Positions 18,723 through 29,702 of a DNA stretch of 64,000 bases are shown piece after piece. Below the pieces are notes generated by a model that saw nothing but the letters and a program-made list of their open reading frames with translations, was not told the DNA's origin and did no database searches. Position numbers and translations under genes: made by a program. Every line of letters begins with the position of its first letter. The stretch's first letter is position 1. The DNA is from Candidatus Levyibacteriota bacterium (GTDB lineage: Bacteria > Patescibacteriota > Microgenomatia > Levybacterales > UBA12049): the NCBI GenBank assembly GCA_029260905.1, contig JAJDCH010000011.1, forward strand, positions 512 to 64,511, read 5' to 3'.

Positions 18723-19705
18723 AACAATCCCATTTTCTTTTTTACTTCTTCAACTGTTTCTCTGGCAATTTCAGATGCTTTTTTGTTTCCATCTTTTATG
18801 ATCTGATCAACCACATCAGGATTCTCTTCAAAATATTTTCTTTTTTCTTGAAATGGCTTTAACTCAGCAAAAATAGCATCAGCCAAAACCTGCTTCATGT
18901 CAGAATATCTGATTCTTTTTTCCCGATAATCTATAACAAATTTTACGAAAATTTCTTTGTCGACAAAAAGCTTAAGTAATGTAAATAAATTTCCAACCCC
19001 ACCTGTTTCTGGAATATTGCCACCTTCCAGGCCGCTATCAGTTGGCGCTTTGGCAAGCTTTGATTTTATAGTCGCCAAATCATCTATCAAGTTTATGAAA
19101 CTCCCCTCAATGCTTTTACTCATCTTCCCTTCACCAAGAAGTGATGGGACGTATTGACCTGGTGTTTTAAACCTTTTGGGTTCTGGAAAATAAGTACCAA
19201 AATCCTGATTCATACGACGCGCGATTTCTCTTACTACCTCAATATGTGGCTCTTGATCAAGACCAACAGGTATACTGTCTGCTTTATAAACCAAAATATC
19301 TGCTGCCATCAGAACTGGATAATTAAGTAACGCTATTGTGACATTTTCTGGATGTTGTTTTACCTTTTCTTTAAAAGTTGGAAGATGCTGCATCTTGGCA
19401 ACTGTCATAACGGTTGAAAAAAGATAAGCAAGTTCTATGTGATACGGATTTGAGCTTTGCTGAAAAAGAATACTTTTCCCATGATCAAGTCCTGCTGCTA
19501 GATAATCAATTATAATCTCGCGTCTATTTTTACGCAGCTCCTCCACATCATACGGCGTTGTCAAAGTATGAAGATCGGCAACCATATAAAGAGTTTCATA
19601 ATCAGAGTTATCCTGCAACTCAAGCATGCCTTTTATTGCACCGAGATAATTCCCCAGATGGAGTCTGCCATTTGCTCTTATTCCTGAAAGTACTCTTTTT
19701 TTCAT
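18719..19705 (-). CDS. trpS: Tryptophan--tRNA ligase
   Basis: HLGNYLG (HIGH-type) and KMSKS motifs; 328 aa. Confidence 0.9.
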   Translation of the reverse strand: MKKRVLSGIRANGRLHLGNYLGAIKGMLELQDNSDYETLYMVADLHTLTTPYDVEELRKNRREIIIDYLAAGLDHGKSILFQQSSNPYHIELAYLFSTVMTVAKMQHLPTFKEKVKQHPENVTIALLNYPVLMAADILVYKADSIPVGLDQEPHIEVVREIARRMNQDFGTYFPEPKRFKTPGQYVPSLLGEGKMSKSIEGSFINLIDDLATIKSKLAKAPTDSGLEGGNIPETGGVGNLFTLLKLFVDKEIFVKFVIDYREKRIRYSDMKQVLADAIFAELKPFQEKRKYFEENPDVVDQIIKDGNKKASEIARETVEEVKKKMGLL

Positions 19706-19706
19706 A

Positions 19707-20789
19707 TTATAAATTCTGCGCTTTATGTCGCAAATAATGATCCATTATGACTAGTGCCGACATCGCATCAACTATTGGTACAGCTCTTGGCAAAACGCAT
19801 GGGTCATGACGTCCCGCAGCGCTAAGCGTTACCTCTTTTTTATTTTTGCTTACTGTTTGCTGTTCCTTTTTTATCGTTGAAACAGGCTTAAAGGCAACTC
19901 TAAAATGAATCGTCTCGCCATTTGAAATACCTCCTGTTACTCCCCCTGAATTATTTGAACTGGTTCTTATTTTTCCATCTTCAATCTTAAAAGGATCATT
20001 GTGCTGACTACCTCTTAATTTTGTCCCTTCAAATCCTGATCCTATCTCAAATCCCTTAACAGCATTAATGCTAAGCATAGCTTTCCCAAGATCTGCACTG
20101 AGCTTATCAAAAACAGGCTCACCAAGACCAACTGGCACATTTTTGATAACTCCTCTTATAGCCCCTCCTATTGAGTCTCCATCTTCTTTTACATCCTCGA
20201 TAAGCGAGATCATCTCCTCTGCTTTTTCAGGATCAGGACAACGGATGATATTTGCTTCAACATCCTCCATTGAGACATTTTCAAAATCAATATCTGTTCT
20301 GATATTACCAACACTTTCAACATAGCTAATTATTTCAACGCCTAATTTCTTATACAAATATTTTTTTGCAATCACACTTGCAGCAACGCGCGCTAAGGTC
20401 TCTCTTGCAGATGCGCGACCCGATCCTCTCCAATCACGAAAACCATATTTTGCCTCATATGTATAATCTGCATGAGATGGACGATACACATCCTTTAGCT
20501 CTATATAATCATCTGATTCAAATTCCTGATTGAAAGCAATAACAAGAATTGGTGTTCCAGTTGTCTTTCCTTCAAAAACACCTGAAAGGATTTTAACAGT
20601 ATCTGATTCTTTTCTTGGTGTAGTAATCTTACTTTGTCCTGGTCTTCTTCTGTCCTGCTCTTTCTGGATTTCTTCCTCTGTTATCTCAATTCCAGGAGGG
20701 CAACCATCAACAACCACTCCCACGCCACCGCCATGCGATTCTCCAAAAGTTGTTATTCTAAATAAATGTCCAAATGTATTTCCAGCCAT
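19707..20789 (-). CDS. aroC: Chorismate synthase
   Basis: [18 protein letters not shown] together with the FMN-binding segment. Confidence 0.9.
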   Translation of the reverse strand: MAGNTFGHLFRITTFGESHGGGVGVVVDGCPPGIEITEEEIQKEQDRRRPGQSKITTPRKESDTVKILSGVFEGKTTGTPILVIAFNQEFESDDYIELKDVYRPSHADYTYEAKYGFRDWRGSGRASARETLARVAASVIAKKYLYKKLGVEIISYVESVGNIRTDIDFENVSMEDVEANIIRCPDPEKAEEMISLIEDVKEDGDSIGGAIRGVIKNVPVGLGEPVFDKLSADLGKAMLSINAVKGFEIGSGFEGTKLRGSQHNDPFKIEDGKIRTSSNNSGGVTGGISNGETIHFRVAFKPVSTIKKEQQTVSKNKKEVTLSAAGRHDPCVLPRAVPIVDAMSALVIMDHYLRHKAQNL

Positions 20790-20806
20790 ATTTTATAAAT
20801 TAAAAA

Positions 20807-21487
20807 TCAGGAATTATGAATTATGGAAAACACCTTTTCCATATCATCTTTTGTAAGTTGTCCTTCTGCCGATTGCTCGTCCAAGGTCTTCGGCACAAAA
20901 ACCATTTCATTTCCATATAGTGTTCCAAAAATTCTTGTCAGCAAACTTTTTTCACCCATTCCCAAAATAATATGCTTAATATTTTTATCCCGCAACTCCA
21001 AACCCAAATCCAAAAGCCTAATTGCGTCTTTTTCTGTTTTACAAAATGTTGATATTTTTACAATGTTTGGACTGTGCTGATCCATTGTATCAATTATTTC
21101 ACTCAATTTCTTGCTTTCTGGAGTTTCCTCATAATTATGATACGAAATAATTTTTTTAATTTTTAAATTATTATCTTTTATGTGCTCCAACTCCTCTTTT
21201 TGTGCTATATCAATATCAAGCATCGCATCGGTGTCTTCCAGAAATGAAACAATCTCAAGCCTTTTCTCAAGATTTATCTGTATTGGCTCCAGATTTTTCC
21301 TCCTGAAAAGAATTATCAATTTTTCTCTCAATTCCTCACTCAATTGACTAATAAAATTAGTATCAATCTTATCAACATAATCAATCCAGACTTCAAAAAA
21401 ATCATACTCGTGTTTGTGTTTTGAAATCATTTCCAACACATCATCTTTTGAATTTTTAATAATTGGCAAACAATAATTTATTTTCAT
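20807..21487 (-). CDS. aroD: 3-dehydroquinate dehydratase, type I
   Basis: ISYHNYEETP and ILGMGEKSLLTRIFG are AroD-like blocks. Confidence 0.7.
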   Translation of the reverse strand: MKINYCLPIIKNSKDDVLEMISKHKHEYDFFEVWIDYVDKIDTNFISQLSEELREKLIILFRRKNLEPIQINLEKRLEIVSFLEDTDAMLDIDIAQKEELEHIKDNNLKIKKIISYHNYEETPESKKLSEIIDTMDQHSPNIVKISTFCKTEKDAIRLLDLGLELRDKNIKHIILGMGEKSLLTRIFGTLYGNEMVFVPKTLDEQSAEGQLTKDDMEKVFSIIHNS

Positions 21488-21490
21488 ATT

Positions 21491-22318
21491 TTATTCTTCT
21501 CTTAATGCTTCAAGGAGTGCGTCTCGCATAATTTTTTCTGGTGCTTCAACTCCCGTATACATCCTGAACTGTTCAATTCCCTGGTGAAGAAGCATCTCAG
21601 AACCATACACGATTTTTGCGCCCTTTTTATTTGCATTTTTCAACAGTTTTGTTTCGTGTGGATTGTAGACTGCATCTAAAACGATATGTTTTTTCTCAAT
21701 CAAATTTTCAGGAAGAAAGAGTTTATCCACTTCAGGACTCATTCCAACAGATGTCATATTCAAAATAATATCTATTTCTTTTATTTTTTCTACATCCGTT
21801 AAAGGAAAGTATTCACAGTCAAAATCCTCAGCAAGTTTTTTTGCTTTTTCTACTGTCCTATTAAAAATGCTTACCCTTGCTCCTTTTTTGATAAGTCCGT
21901 AAACAGCAGCCCTTGCAGCACCACCTGCTCCCAAGACAGCCGCTTTTTTCCCGTTAATTTCTGTCACATTTTTAAGAGAATTTACAACGCCAAGCCAGTC
22001 AGTATTGTACCCTGTTAATCTTCCATTATCGTTCACAACCGTATTTACTGCTCCAATTTCTTTTGCGGTATCATCTATATTATCCAAAAAATTCATTATT
22101 TCCTGTTTGAAAGGAATTATCACACTCACCCCTCTTATCTGCATCGCTTTTACTCCCTTCACAAAATCTTCCAAGTCCTCTATCTTCAGACTTGCTGAGA
22201 GGTAAACAAAGTCAAGTCCCAGTTCCTGATATCCTGCATTATGCATAATAGGTGACATTGATTTCCTGCCTAACCCTCCAATATTCATACATATTTTTGT
22301 GCTTGATGTTATTTTCAT
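21491..22318 (-). CDS. aroE: Shikimate dehydrogenase
   Basis: KSMSPIMHNAGY substrate motif and the GAGGAARA NADP-binding loop. Confidence 0.85.
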   Translation of the reverse strand: MKITSSTKICMNIGGLGRKSMSPIMHNAGYQELGLDFVYLSASLKIEDLEDFVKGVKAMQIRGVSVIIPFKQEIMNFLDNIDDTAKEIGAVNTVVNDNGRLTGYNTDWLGVVNSLKNVTEINGKKAAVLGAGGAARAAVYGLIKKGARVSIFNRTVEKAKKLAEDFDCEYFPLTDVEKIKEIDIILNMTSVGMSPEVDKLFLPENLIEKKHIVLDAVYNPHETKLLKNANKKGAKIVYGSEMLLHQGIEQFRMYTGVEAPEKIMRDALLEALREE

Positions 22319-22809
22319 TATTTTATTTTTACTACTATATCCTCTACTACTTCATCAACTTTTTTATCATCGGTTGAGATTTCAAAATCTGCATATTTAT
22401 TATACAAAGCTTTACGCAAATCATACAGCGCTTTTGCTTTTTCCTTATTTTCAAAAAGAGGACGCGGAATCTTTGGATTGATTCTTTTTAGAACTGTTTC
22501 AAAACTTGCAGTAAGCGCAACTATCAAAGAGTTCTTTTTCAGATTTTTAACATTCTCATCTCTCATAACCACACCACCACCAGTCGAGATTACACCCTTG
22601 GTTGTGTCTCTCAGATCAGCACAAACTTTAGATTCATATTTCCTAAAAAGCTCTTCACCACCAATTTCAAAAATTTCTTCAATACTCATACCTGCCTTCT
22701 TAACAATCAAATCATCCATCTCGATAACATGCGTATCAAGTCTTTTGACAAGAACTTGTGCTACTGTACTTTTACCAGTTCCCATAAATCCTATCAAAAC
22801 TATTTTCAT
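22318..22809 (-). CDS. aroK: Shikimate kinase
   Basis: P-loop GFMGTGKSTV; 163 aa. Confidence 0.85.
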   Translation of the reverse strand: MKIVLIGFMGTGKSTVAQVLVKRLDTHVIEMDDLIVKKAGMSIEEIFEIGGEELFRKYESKVCADLRDTTKGVISTGGGVVMRDENVKNLKKNSLIVALTASFETVLKRINPKIPRPLFENKEKAKALYDLRKALYNKYADFEISTDDKKVDEVVEDIVVKIK

Positions 22810-24089
22810 ATTTCTTCCTCCTCTATTTTAATTCCTATTTCTTTTAATTTTTTCCAAAAATCAGGAAATGATTTGCTAACAACTTCTGGATTATTTATAG
22901 TTATTCCATCAATTTTTGTACCCGCAACAGCAAAACTCATCGCCATCCGATGATCTCCATATGTATCAATTGCTGCTGATTTTGGGACACCGCCATGGAT
23001 AATAATTGAATCTTCAGTTGTATTTGTTTTAATTCCCATTTTTGCCAATTCTTCCTCAACTGCTTTTACCCTTTCTGTTTCTTTATGTCTTAAAGTCTTA
23101 ATTCCTGTTATTTTTGTATCACCTTTTGCAAACGCAGCAAGCACAGAAAGGGTTTGAGCCTGATCGGGACAATTGTTCATATTTATATTAATTGGTGATA
23201 TTCCCTTGCCTACAATTGTTATCTCTTGTTCTCCAAAATTAATCTCCTGCCCCATCTTCTCAAGAATTTTTAAAAAATTTATATCCGCTTGGACTGATTT
23301 GGGATTAACATTTTTAACTGTAATTTTTGATTTGGTAAGCGCTGCAATTGCAAAAAAATACGACGCGCTTGAAAGATCTGTTTCAACTAAATATGAATTA
23401 GCATCATATTCATTACCCAAAATCAAATATTCTCTATAATTATTATTTAAAACTTCAATTCCAAATTGATTCAAAATATCAATTGTCATATCAACATATG
23501 ACTTTGAAACCTGCTCATTTTTTACATTAATTTTTTCAATCCCTGCAATAGGCGCAATCATAAGAAGCGAACTTAAATACTGGCTACTCAAACTTCCGTT
23601 TATGCTTATTTCTTTTTTACCCAGATCTGCTGATACAACACTTACAGGCGGAAATCCTTTTTCTCCAAGATAATCTATCTTTGCGCCAAGTTCTCTCAAT
23701 GCATCCACCTCATCACCAATCGGTCTCTTATTTAGCCCTTCAAGTCCATAAATCTTTTTAACGCCTGGCACTATTATTGAAAGTGCTAGAATAAATTTCA
23801 GAGTAATTCCAGAAAGACTTGCATTTAAATTATAACTACCTTCCTTGACATCTCTTATATCACCAACAACTTCAACAGAATCTTCTTCTTCAACAATTTT
23901 TATTCCCAGAGATTTCAAGCAAAAAATCATTGCTTTTGTGTCATCACTGATCAGCGGGTTTAAAATCACAACTGGCTTTTTTGTAAGTGTTGCCAAAAGC
24001 AAAGCTCTTATTGTATAGCTTTTTGATGAAGGTATATTAATTGATGAATCAATTGATTCTCTGAGCGGATGTATTGTAATTTTTTTCAT
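22806..24089 (-). CDS. aroA: 3-phosphoshikimate 1-carboxyvinyltransferase (EPSP synthase)
   Basis: N-terminal PSSKSYTIRALLLA and the overall EPSP synthase fold; 427 aa. Confidence 0.9.
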   Translation of the reverse strand: MKKITIHPLRESIDSSINIPSSKSYTIRALLLATLTKKPVVILNPLISDDTKAMIFCLKSLGIKIVEEEDSVEVVGDIRDVKEGSYNLNASLSGITLKFILALSIIVPGVKKIYGLEGLNKRPIGDEVDALRELGAKIDYLGEKGFPPVSVVSADLGKKEISINGSLSSQYLSSLLMIAPIAGIEKINVKNEQVSKSYVDMTIDILNQFGIEVLNNNYREYLILGNEYDANSYLVETDLSSASYFFAIAALTKSKITVKNVNPKSVQADINFLKILEKMGQEINFGEQEITIVGKGISPININMNNCPDQAQTLSVLAAFAKGDTKITGIKTLRHKETERVKAVEEELAKMGIKTNTTEDSIIIHGGVPKSAAIDTYGDHRMAMSFAVAGTKIDGITINNPEVVSKSFPDFWKKLKEIGIKIEEEEI

Positions 24090-25177
24090 TTTGCCACATA
24101 GGATAAAGTTTTTTTTAAATTTTCGTCCGAAACATTTCTATCATAGACTCCCACCCCAATATTTTTTAACAATGTAAAATTAATTTTTGTAAATTCATTT
24201 TTTTTATCAGACTTCATTTTTTCAATTAAATTTTCGATCTCAAAACCAGATACACCTGTAGGAAGTCCTGCGTCAATAATCGCTGTTTCAATCTTTTCAA
24301 ACTCCTCCTGAGTTAGCAAGCTCTCGAGCACAGACAACTTGGCCTCAGCCACCATACCTATACTTATCGCTTCACCATGAAGTAAAGGATTTAAGGTCTC
24401 AAGACTCAGTGCCTCAAACGCATGACCTATCGTATGACCAAAATTCAAAAGCTTTCTTAACCCCATTTCATTTTCATCAGAAACAATAATCTCTTTTTTT
24501 ATCTCTATTGATCTATAAATCAGATCAACCAATTCTTCTTTGTCAAAACCTTTTAAAGATTTTGCAGTCACTTTTTCAAAATAATCCTTATCTTTAATAA
24601 GACCGTGTTTTATAATCTCTGAAAAACCTGACAAAAACTCTCTCTCTGGAAGACTGTCCAAAAAATTTACATCTATAATCACACTCATTGGTTGAATAAA
24701 TGTTCCAATTAAATTCTTAATATTCCCAAAATCAATTCCTGTTTTACCACCCACACTTGCATCAACCATTGACAAAAGAGTAGTTGGAATATTTAAGAAA
24801 TCAATTCCCCGCATATATGTACCTGCGGCAAATCCTCCCATATCGGTAATTACTCCCCCTCCCAGATTTATGACAAGTGATTTACGGTCAAATCTGTTCT
24901 CCAGAAGCGTCTTCCAGATTATTTCAATTGACTTAATGTTTTTTGATTTTTCACCTGATGCAAGAATTATGGAAACAGAATCTTTTGGCAAAACCAATAA
25001 TAATCTATCAAGAAAAAGCGACTTTATGTTCTCATCGGTTATTACTGCAATCTTTGAATATTGTGAAAGATCAACAACTGCTGAGAGCTTCTCAATAAGT
25101 CCCTTATCTACAAAAATCCCGTACTGACTTTGTCTGTTCAAAATGGTTATTGTTATTTGTTTCATATTATTCACCAA
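24086..25177 (-). CDS. aroB: 3-dehydroquinate synthase
   Basis: LGGGVITDMGGFAA and HTIGHA metal-binding motifs. Confidence 0.9.
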   Translation of the reverse strand: MVNNMKQITITILNRQSQYGIFVDKGLIEKLSAVVDLSQYSKIAVITDENIKSLFLDRLLLVLPKDSVSIILASGEKSKNIKSIEIIWKTLLENRFDRKSLVINLGGGVITDMGGFAAGTYMRGIDFLNIPTTLLSMVDASVGGKTGIDFGNIKNLIGTFIQPMSVIIDVNFLDSLPEREFLSGFSEIIKHGLIKDKDYFEKVTAKSLKGFDKEELVDLIYRSIEIKKEIIVSDENEMGLRKLLNFGHTIGHAFEALSLETLNPLLHGEAISIGMVAEAKLSVLESLLTQEEFEKIETAIIDAGLPTGVSGFEIENLIEKMKSDKKNEFTKINFTLLKNIGVGVYDRNVSDENLKKTLSYVAK

Positions 25178-26096
25178 GCTTTAAGAAATAACTGTTTATT
25201 TTCGAAACACTTAAAAGCTTTTTCCTAGATAGTTTTCTCTTGTAATTTTTTATCTCAGAACCTGTTGGAATTGCAGAAACATTTCCAACCCGCCTACATT
25301 GCATTGCAGCAATAGAGTTGGCAAATCCTGCAGAATCTCTCAAGCTCCACTTCTTTATTATACCGTATGTGAATGCGCCTCTGTATATATCTCCTGCTCC
25401 AGTTGTATCAACTACCGATACCATTCTTGCCGGTATAAGATCGGTGTTTTCTCCATCATAAATAATGCTTCCAAGCTCACCCAAGGTAATGACAAAAGCC
25501 TTGCCACAGATTTTATACAAACAATTGAGACAAGAGCTAAAATCACGCTTGTTACAAAAGTTAGCAATTGAGTCAATTGGAATAATTGGATAGTCAGCAT
25601 GCCTCATCATATCTTTTACAAAGCTAGTTACCTCGGTTGAGGGATCTATTATTATCTTCGCTGATTGCTTTTTGTTTTTTACTATTTCATAAAAAGCCTT
25701 TCTCTCATGTCTGTCGATAATAATAAAATCAAATTGCTCAATAAATTTCTTTTCCATCTTTTCAATTGCTCTATGCTTTACTGGTCCTCTTATTTTTTTT
25801 CTTTGCCCTGAAATCGGATCAATTAAAATTGTGTTTACTTTAGTGTTATTTTGAAGATTATTAATCGTTTTTATTTTTTCCTCCTTCAAGGTATTAATTA
25901 TCATCTCTCCCTCAGAATCATTTCCAACACTAGTTAGAAATGTACAATCTATCCCAAGTCGTGAAAGTAGAATCATTGATGTCAAAACAGGACCACCGAT
26001 ATTTCTTTTTTCTGTCTGCTCTTTTGCGCCTACAAAAAAGATATTATCTATAACTGATTCTCCAATTCCAAGTATTTTCATATTTGTTTTTGACAT
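25167..26096 (-). CDS. PfkB-family carbohydrate/ribokinase-like kinase, first gene of the aro operon
   Basis: DTTGAGDIYRGAF ATP-binding motif. Confidence 0.7.
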   Translation of the reverse strand: MSKTNMKILGIGESVIDNIFFVGAKEQTEKRNIGGPVLTSMILLSRLGIDCTFLTSVGNDSEGEMIINTLKEEKIKTINNLQNNTKVNTILIDPISGQRKKIRGPVKHRAIEKMEKKFIEQFDFIIIDRHERKAFYEIVKNKKQSAKIIIDPSTEVTSFVKDMMRHADYPIIPIDSIANFCNKRDFSSCLNCLYKICGKAFVITLGELGSIIYDGENTDLIPARMVSVVDTTGAGDIYRGAFTYGIIKKWSLRDSAGFANSIAAMQCRRVGNVSAIPTGSEIKNYKRKLSRKKLLSVSKINSYFLKLGE

Positions 26097-26124
26097 AAAA
26101 AAACCTCCCTATTTATGGGAGGTT
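26097..26124 (-). terminator. Intrinsic terminator/attenuator hairpin directly 5' of the PfkB-aro operon ATG
   Basis: On the minus strand, CCTCCC-ataaata-GGGAGG (extendable to 8 bp) is followed by UUUUUUU and then ATG. Confidence 0.55.
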
Positions 26125-26160
26125 ATACTTTATAGCGCTTTAACACGCCAAACTACCTCC

Positions 26161-26211
26161 CTAGGAAGTAAAGTAAAACCAAATCTTGACTAGTTGCTGA
26201 ATATTTTTCAT
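26161..26211 (-). promoter_or_regulatory. Candidate 16-aa aromatic leader peptide (MKNIQQLVKIWFYFTS) of the aro operon
   Basis: ATG lies 12 nt downstream of the -10 (transcript may be near-leaderless). Codons run W-F-Y-F immediately before a UAG stop that abuts GGGAGGU, which is complementary to the 5' arm of the terminator. Confidence 0.45.
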
Positions 26212-26222
26212 ATGACTTTCAG

Positions 26223-26251
26223 ATTATAAACCTACCTGCCTCAAAAATCAA
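26223..26251 (-). promoter_or_regulatory. Sigma70-like promoter for the aro-trpS operon, internal to the trp-aro supercluster
   Basis: On the minus strand, TTGATT-17nt-TATAAT sits 9 nt downstream of the trpA stop. Confidence 0.5.
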
Positions 26252-26259
26252 GACTACGC

Positions 26260-27048
26260 TTAGAAAACCATTTCTTTCAAAAATTTCGAAACATTTTTTT
26301 CAATCTCATTCTCTTTTGAATCTCTAATAACATCAATTATTGCTGATCCAATTACAGCAATTTCGGCTTTACCTAAAAGTGAGCCAATTTGTTCTTTGCT
26401 TGAAATCCCAAAGCCGACTGCAATCGGAATTGAGAAAAACTTTTTTATTCTTTCCAGATTTTTACTCAATTGAGAATCTAGATTCTCTTTTACACCAGTG
26501 GTGCCACGACGTGACGTGACGTAAACAAAACCCTCTGCCTTTTCTGCATTAAGCTTCACCCGATGATCAGGTGAGAAAGATGAAATAACCTGAATATTGT
26601 AAAGCTTGTACTTTTGACAATATTCAAGCAGATGTTCATCTCCTTCTTCATCAACTGGCATATCAGGAACAATTATCCCAGATGCACCAGCCTCTTTTGC
26701 ATCTTTGCAAAATTTTTCAACTCCGTATTTAAATACAATATTGTAATAACACATAAAAAGAAGTGGGATTTTAATTTCCTTAGCAAGCTTTTTCATAACA
26801 ATGAAACTATCTTTTACTTTTATGCCTCGTGCTAAAGAATCCTCACATGCTTTCATTATCGTTGGTCCATCAGCCAGCGGATCAGAAAAAGGAATCTGCA
26901 ACTCCACCATGTCAGCTCCTGCTTCTTCCAAAATTTTAACTATCTCAATTGTTTTCTCAACCGATGGAAAACCAACAACAGTATGCGCCATTATCCCAAT
27001 CCTGCTATCATTTTTGATTTGTGCCAATTTTTGATCAATCAAATTCAT
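26260..27048 (-). CDS. trpA: Tryptophan synthase alpha chain
   Basis: TrpA TIM-barrel blocks (ELQIPFSDPLADGP and GFGIS). Confidence 0.9.
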   Translation of the reverse strand: MNLIDQKLAQIKNDSRIGIMAHTVVGFPSVEKTIEIVKILEEAGADMVELQIPFSDPLADGPTIMKACEDSLARGIKVKDSFIVMKKLAKEIKIPLLFMCYYNIVFKYGVEKFCKDAKEAGASGIIVPDMPVDEEGDEHLLEYCQKYKLYNIQVISSFSPDHRVKLNAEKAEGFVYVTSRRGTTGVKENLDSQLSKNLERIKKFFSIPIAVGFGISSKEQIGSLLGKAEIAVIGSAIIDVIRDSKENEIEKNVSKFLKEMVF

Positions 27049-27055
27049 ACAACTC

Positions 27056-28279
27056 CTAACTCCCTATTCCTAATTCACTGATATATTCTTTTAGGAACTC
27101 GTAAAACTTTTTATCATTAAATGCCTTTGCAAGTATAAACAAATCCTTGTCTCCTCTTCCAGATAAATTTACAACAATTACCTTTTCTTTACTAAGAGTT
27201 GGTGCCAATTTTAGTGCATAAGAAACAGCATGTGCTGATTCAAGCGCAGTAATTATTCCCTCGGTTTTTGATAAAACATCAACTGCCTCAACTGCCTCCA
27301 TATCAGTTACACTGACAAAACCAACTCTTTTTTTATCATGTAAAAGACTTAGCTCTGGACCAATGCCTGGATAATCAAGACCTGCTGAAATACTGTGAGT
27401 CTTTTGGAGTTGTCCATCGCTGTCTTGAAGAAAATAAGATTTATAACCTTCAACTACTCCAACACTGCCTGTTGGAAAACGCGTTGCATTATCACCTATT
27501 TTTTTTCCTCTTCCACCTGCCTCAACGCCGATAAGTTTTACTGATTTATCTTTTATAAAATTAGTAAAAGCACCCATCGCATTGCTTCCACCACCTACAC
27601 AGGCAACTACATAATCAGGCAGTAAGCCCTCTGTTTCCCTGAGTTGTTTTCTTATCTCACTCCCAACAATTGACTGAAAATCCCTATTCATTGTTGGAAA
27701 AGGATGCGGACCAACAACTGATCCAAGAAGATAATGCGTATCCTCCACATTCTCAATCCAGTCCTTAATCGCCGCATTTACTGCATCTTTTAATGTCTTA
27801 CTACCAAAACCAACAGGCGCCACTTTTGCGCCAAGTCTTTCCATCAAAAAAACATTTGGTCTTTGTCTTTTTATATCTTCTTCTCCCATATAAACTGTGC
27901 ATGCAAATCCAAGTTTTGCAGCAACTGTTGCAGTTGCCACCCCATGCTGACCTGCACCAGTTTCAGCAATAAGTCTTTTTTTACCAAGTCTTTTTGCGAT
28001 AAGTGCTTGTCCTAGACAATGAGTTATTTTATGCGCGCCTGTATGATTAAGTCCTTCATTTTTCAGATAAATCTTGGCACCCCCTAATTTTTCAGTCAGG
28101 TTTTTGGCAAAAATAAGAGGTGTCGGACGACCAGAGTAATTTTTCAAAAGATCTTCAAACTCCTTTTCAAATTTTTTATCCTTTTTTGCATCAATATACG
28201 CATTCTCCAACTCCTCAAGAGCTGGAATTAACATCTCCGGTACATACGCTCCTCCATATTTTCCAAAATGACTTTTCAT
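27056..28279 (-). CDS. trpB: Tryptophan synthase beta chain
   Basis: PLP lysine motif HTGAHKI and the GGGSNAMG segment. Confidence 0.9.
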   Translation of the reverse strand: MKSHFGKYGGAYVPEMLIPALEELENAYIDAKKDKKFEKEFEDLLKNYSGRPTPLIFAKNLTEKLGGAKIYLKNEGLNHTGAHKITHCLGQALIAKRLGKKRLIAETGAGQHGVATATVAAKLGFACTVYMGEEDIKRQRPNVFLMERLGAKVAPVGFGSKTLKDAVNAAIKDWIENVEDTHYLLGSVVGPHPFPTMNRDFQSIVGSEIRKQLRETEGLLPDYVVACVGGGSNAMGAFTNFIKDKSVKLIGVEAGGRGKKIGDNATRFPTGSVGVVEGYKSYFLQDSDGQLQKTHSISAGLDYPGIGPELSLLHDKKRVGFVSVTDMEAVEAVDVLSKTEGIITALESAHAVSYALKLAPTLSKEKVIVVNLSGRGDKDLFILAKAFNDKKFYEFLKEYISELGIGS

Positions 28280-28896
28280 AAATCTGCCCCCTTTGCATTT
28301 CTTATAAAACTTTTTATCTTTTTCAAGTCCTGTATCCCATCTGTTTCAACTCCCGATGCAACATCAACAATTTGTGGATATACTTTTTTTATAACATCTG
28401 CCACGTTTTCAGGACTGAGTCCTCCGGCTGATATCAGGGGAAACTCTTTTGCAAGTATCGCAACCTTTTCAAGATTTAACATAGGTCCTTCACTTTGCTT
28501 TATTCTATCAACCAGATAATACTCAACATCATACTTACTCATCTTAGCTCTAGCTTCTTCAAGATCAAAATTCCCCGGAAATCTGAAAGCTTTAATGACT
28601 TTTATCTTTATCTGATTTGTATATTCCGGTGTTTCATCGCCATGCAACTGTGCATAATCAAGATTGCAGTCTTTTATTATTTTCTGGACTATATCAAGAG
28701 GCATGTTTTGAAAAACACCAACCAGTTTTATTTTTCCTTTCATTTTTTTCCCTATTTCTATTGCAGTTCCCATATCAACTGTATGTGTTTTTATTAAGGG
28801 CATAAAAACCATTCCCAGAAATTCAGCCCCTTCAGAAGCTGCTAACTCCGCCACTTCAAGGCTTCTGGTTGCACATATTTTTACTTTTACATTCAT
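28276..28896 (-). CDS. trpF: Phosphoribosylanthranilate isomerase
   Basis: [10 protein letters not shown]...GMVF; 206 aa; position between trpC and trpB. Confidence 0.8.
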   Translation of the reverse strand: MNVKVKICATRSLEVAELAASEGAEFLGMVFMPLIKTHTVDMGTAIEIGKKMKGKIKLVGVFQNMPLDIVQKIIKDCNLDYAQLHGDETPEYTNQIKIKVIKAFRFPGNFDLEEARAKMSKYDVEYYLVDRIKQSEGPMLNLEKVAILAKEFPLISAGGLSPENVADVIKKVYPQIVDVASGVETDGIQDLKKIKSFIRNAKGADL

Positions 28897-29702
28897 ATAT
28901 TTCTTAAACCATCAATAAACTCTCTTACATTTTCTGCCTGCATTAGACTTGTCCCAACCAACACCCCCGTTGCTCCAGCTTTTTTGTATTTCTCAACTTC
29001 ATGTTTGGAATTAATACCCGAGAATCCAAGTTTTATAAAATTGTTAGGAATTTTATTCAAGAGATTGCATGCATTGTCAACATTAATTTCAAATGTAGAT
29101 AAATCACGCGCGTTAACAGCAATAATTGACGTATTGGTAGAGAGCGCTTTTCTAAAATCCTCATCGCTTTGAATTTCAACAACTGGTTCAACGCCTAACC
29201 TCCGACAAAGATTTACATATTTATTTAGAACTTGTCCTTCAACGAGCCTTGCAATAAGTAAAATTGCATCCGAGCCAACACTTTTTGCTTCATAAATTTG
29301 ATACTCATCAATTACAAAGTCTTTTTGAAGAACAGGAAGTGTTGCCACTTTTAAAAGTTCAGGGATATCTGCTACTTCACCTTTAAAAAAACTTCTCTCA
29401 GTTATAAAACTAATCCCATCTGCTCCAGCCTCTTCATATTTTTTTGCTCTTTCAAGAAGACCAGATCTATCACTAAGAGTTGGATTTGAAGGTGATGCAA
29501 ATTTTATCTCGGCAATAAGCGCTATGCCACCCTTTTTAGGATTTTCTATTGCGACCTTGAATTTATCTGTCAGCTTAAACCTATCAAATCGGTTTATCAA
29601 TTCCCCAACCGATACATGCTTTTTCTTCTCCCTTATAACTTGTCTCGTATTCTCAACAATTTGAGACAAAATCTTATTTAAATTCTGCTTATTGCTAAAC
29701 AT
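28893..29702 (-). CDS. trpC: Indole-3-glycerol phosphate synthase
   Basis: IAEIKFASPS motif and the TIM-barrel fold. Confidence 0.85.
   Translation of the reverse strand: MFSNKQNLNKILSQIVENTRQVIREKKKHVSVGELINRFDRFKLTDKFKVAIENPKKGGIALIAEIKFASPSNPTLSDRSGLLERAKKYEEAGADGISFITERSFFKGEVADIPELLKVATLPVLQKDFVIDEYQIYEAKSVGSDAILLIARLVEGQVLNKYVNLCRRLGVEPVVEIQSDEDFRKALSTNTSIIAVNARDLSTFEINVDNACNLLNKIPNNFIKLGFSGINSKHEVEKYKKAGATGVLVGTSLMQAENVREFIDGLRNI

Noticed and set aside
26189-26194. ACTAGT inside the aro leader as a second TrpR-like operator
   Set aside because: It is a single 6-bp palindrome without flanking symmetry and lies 30 nt downstream of the -10. It may well be chance, whereas the site in the trpE-side promoter is a 12-bp perfect palindrome between -35 and -10.
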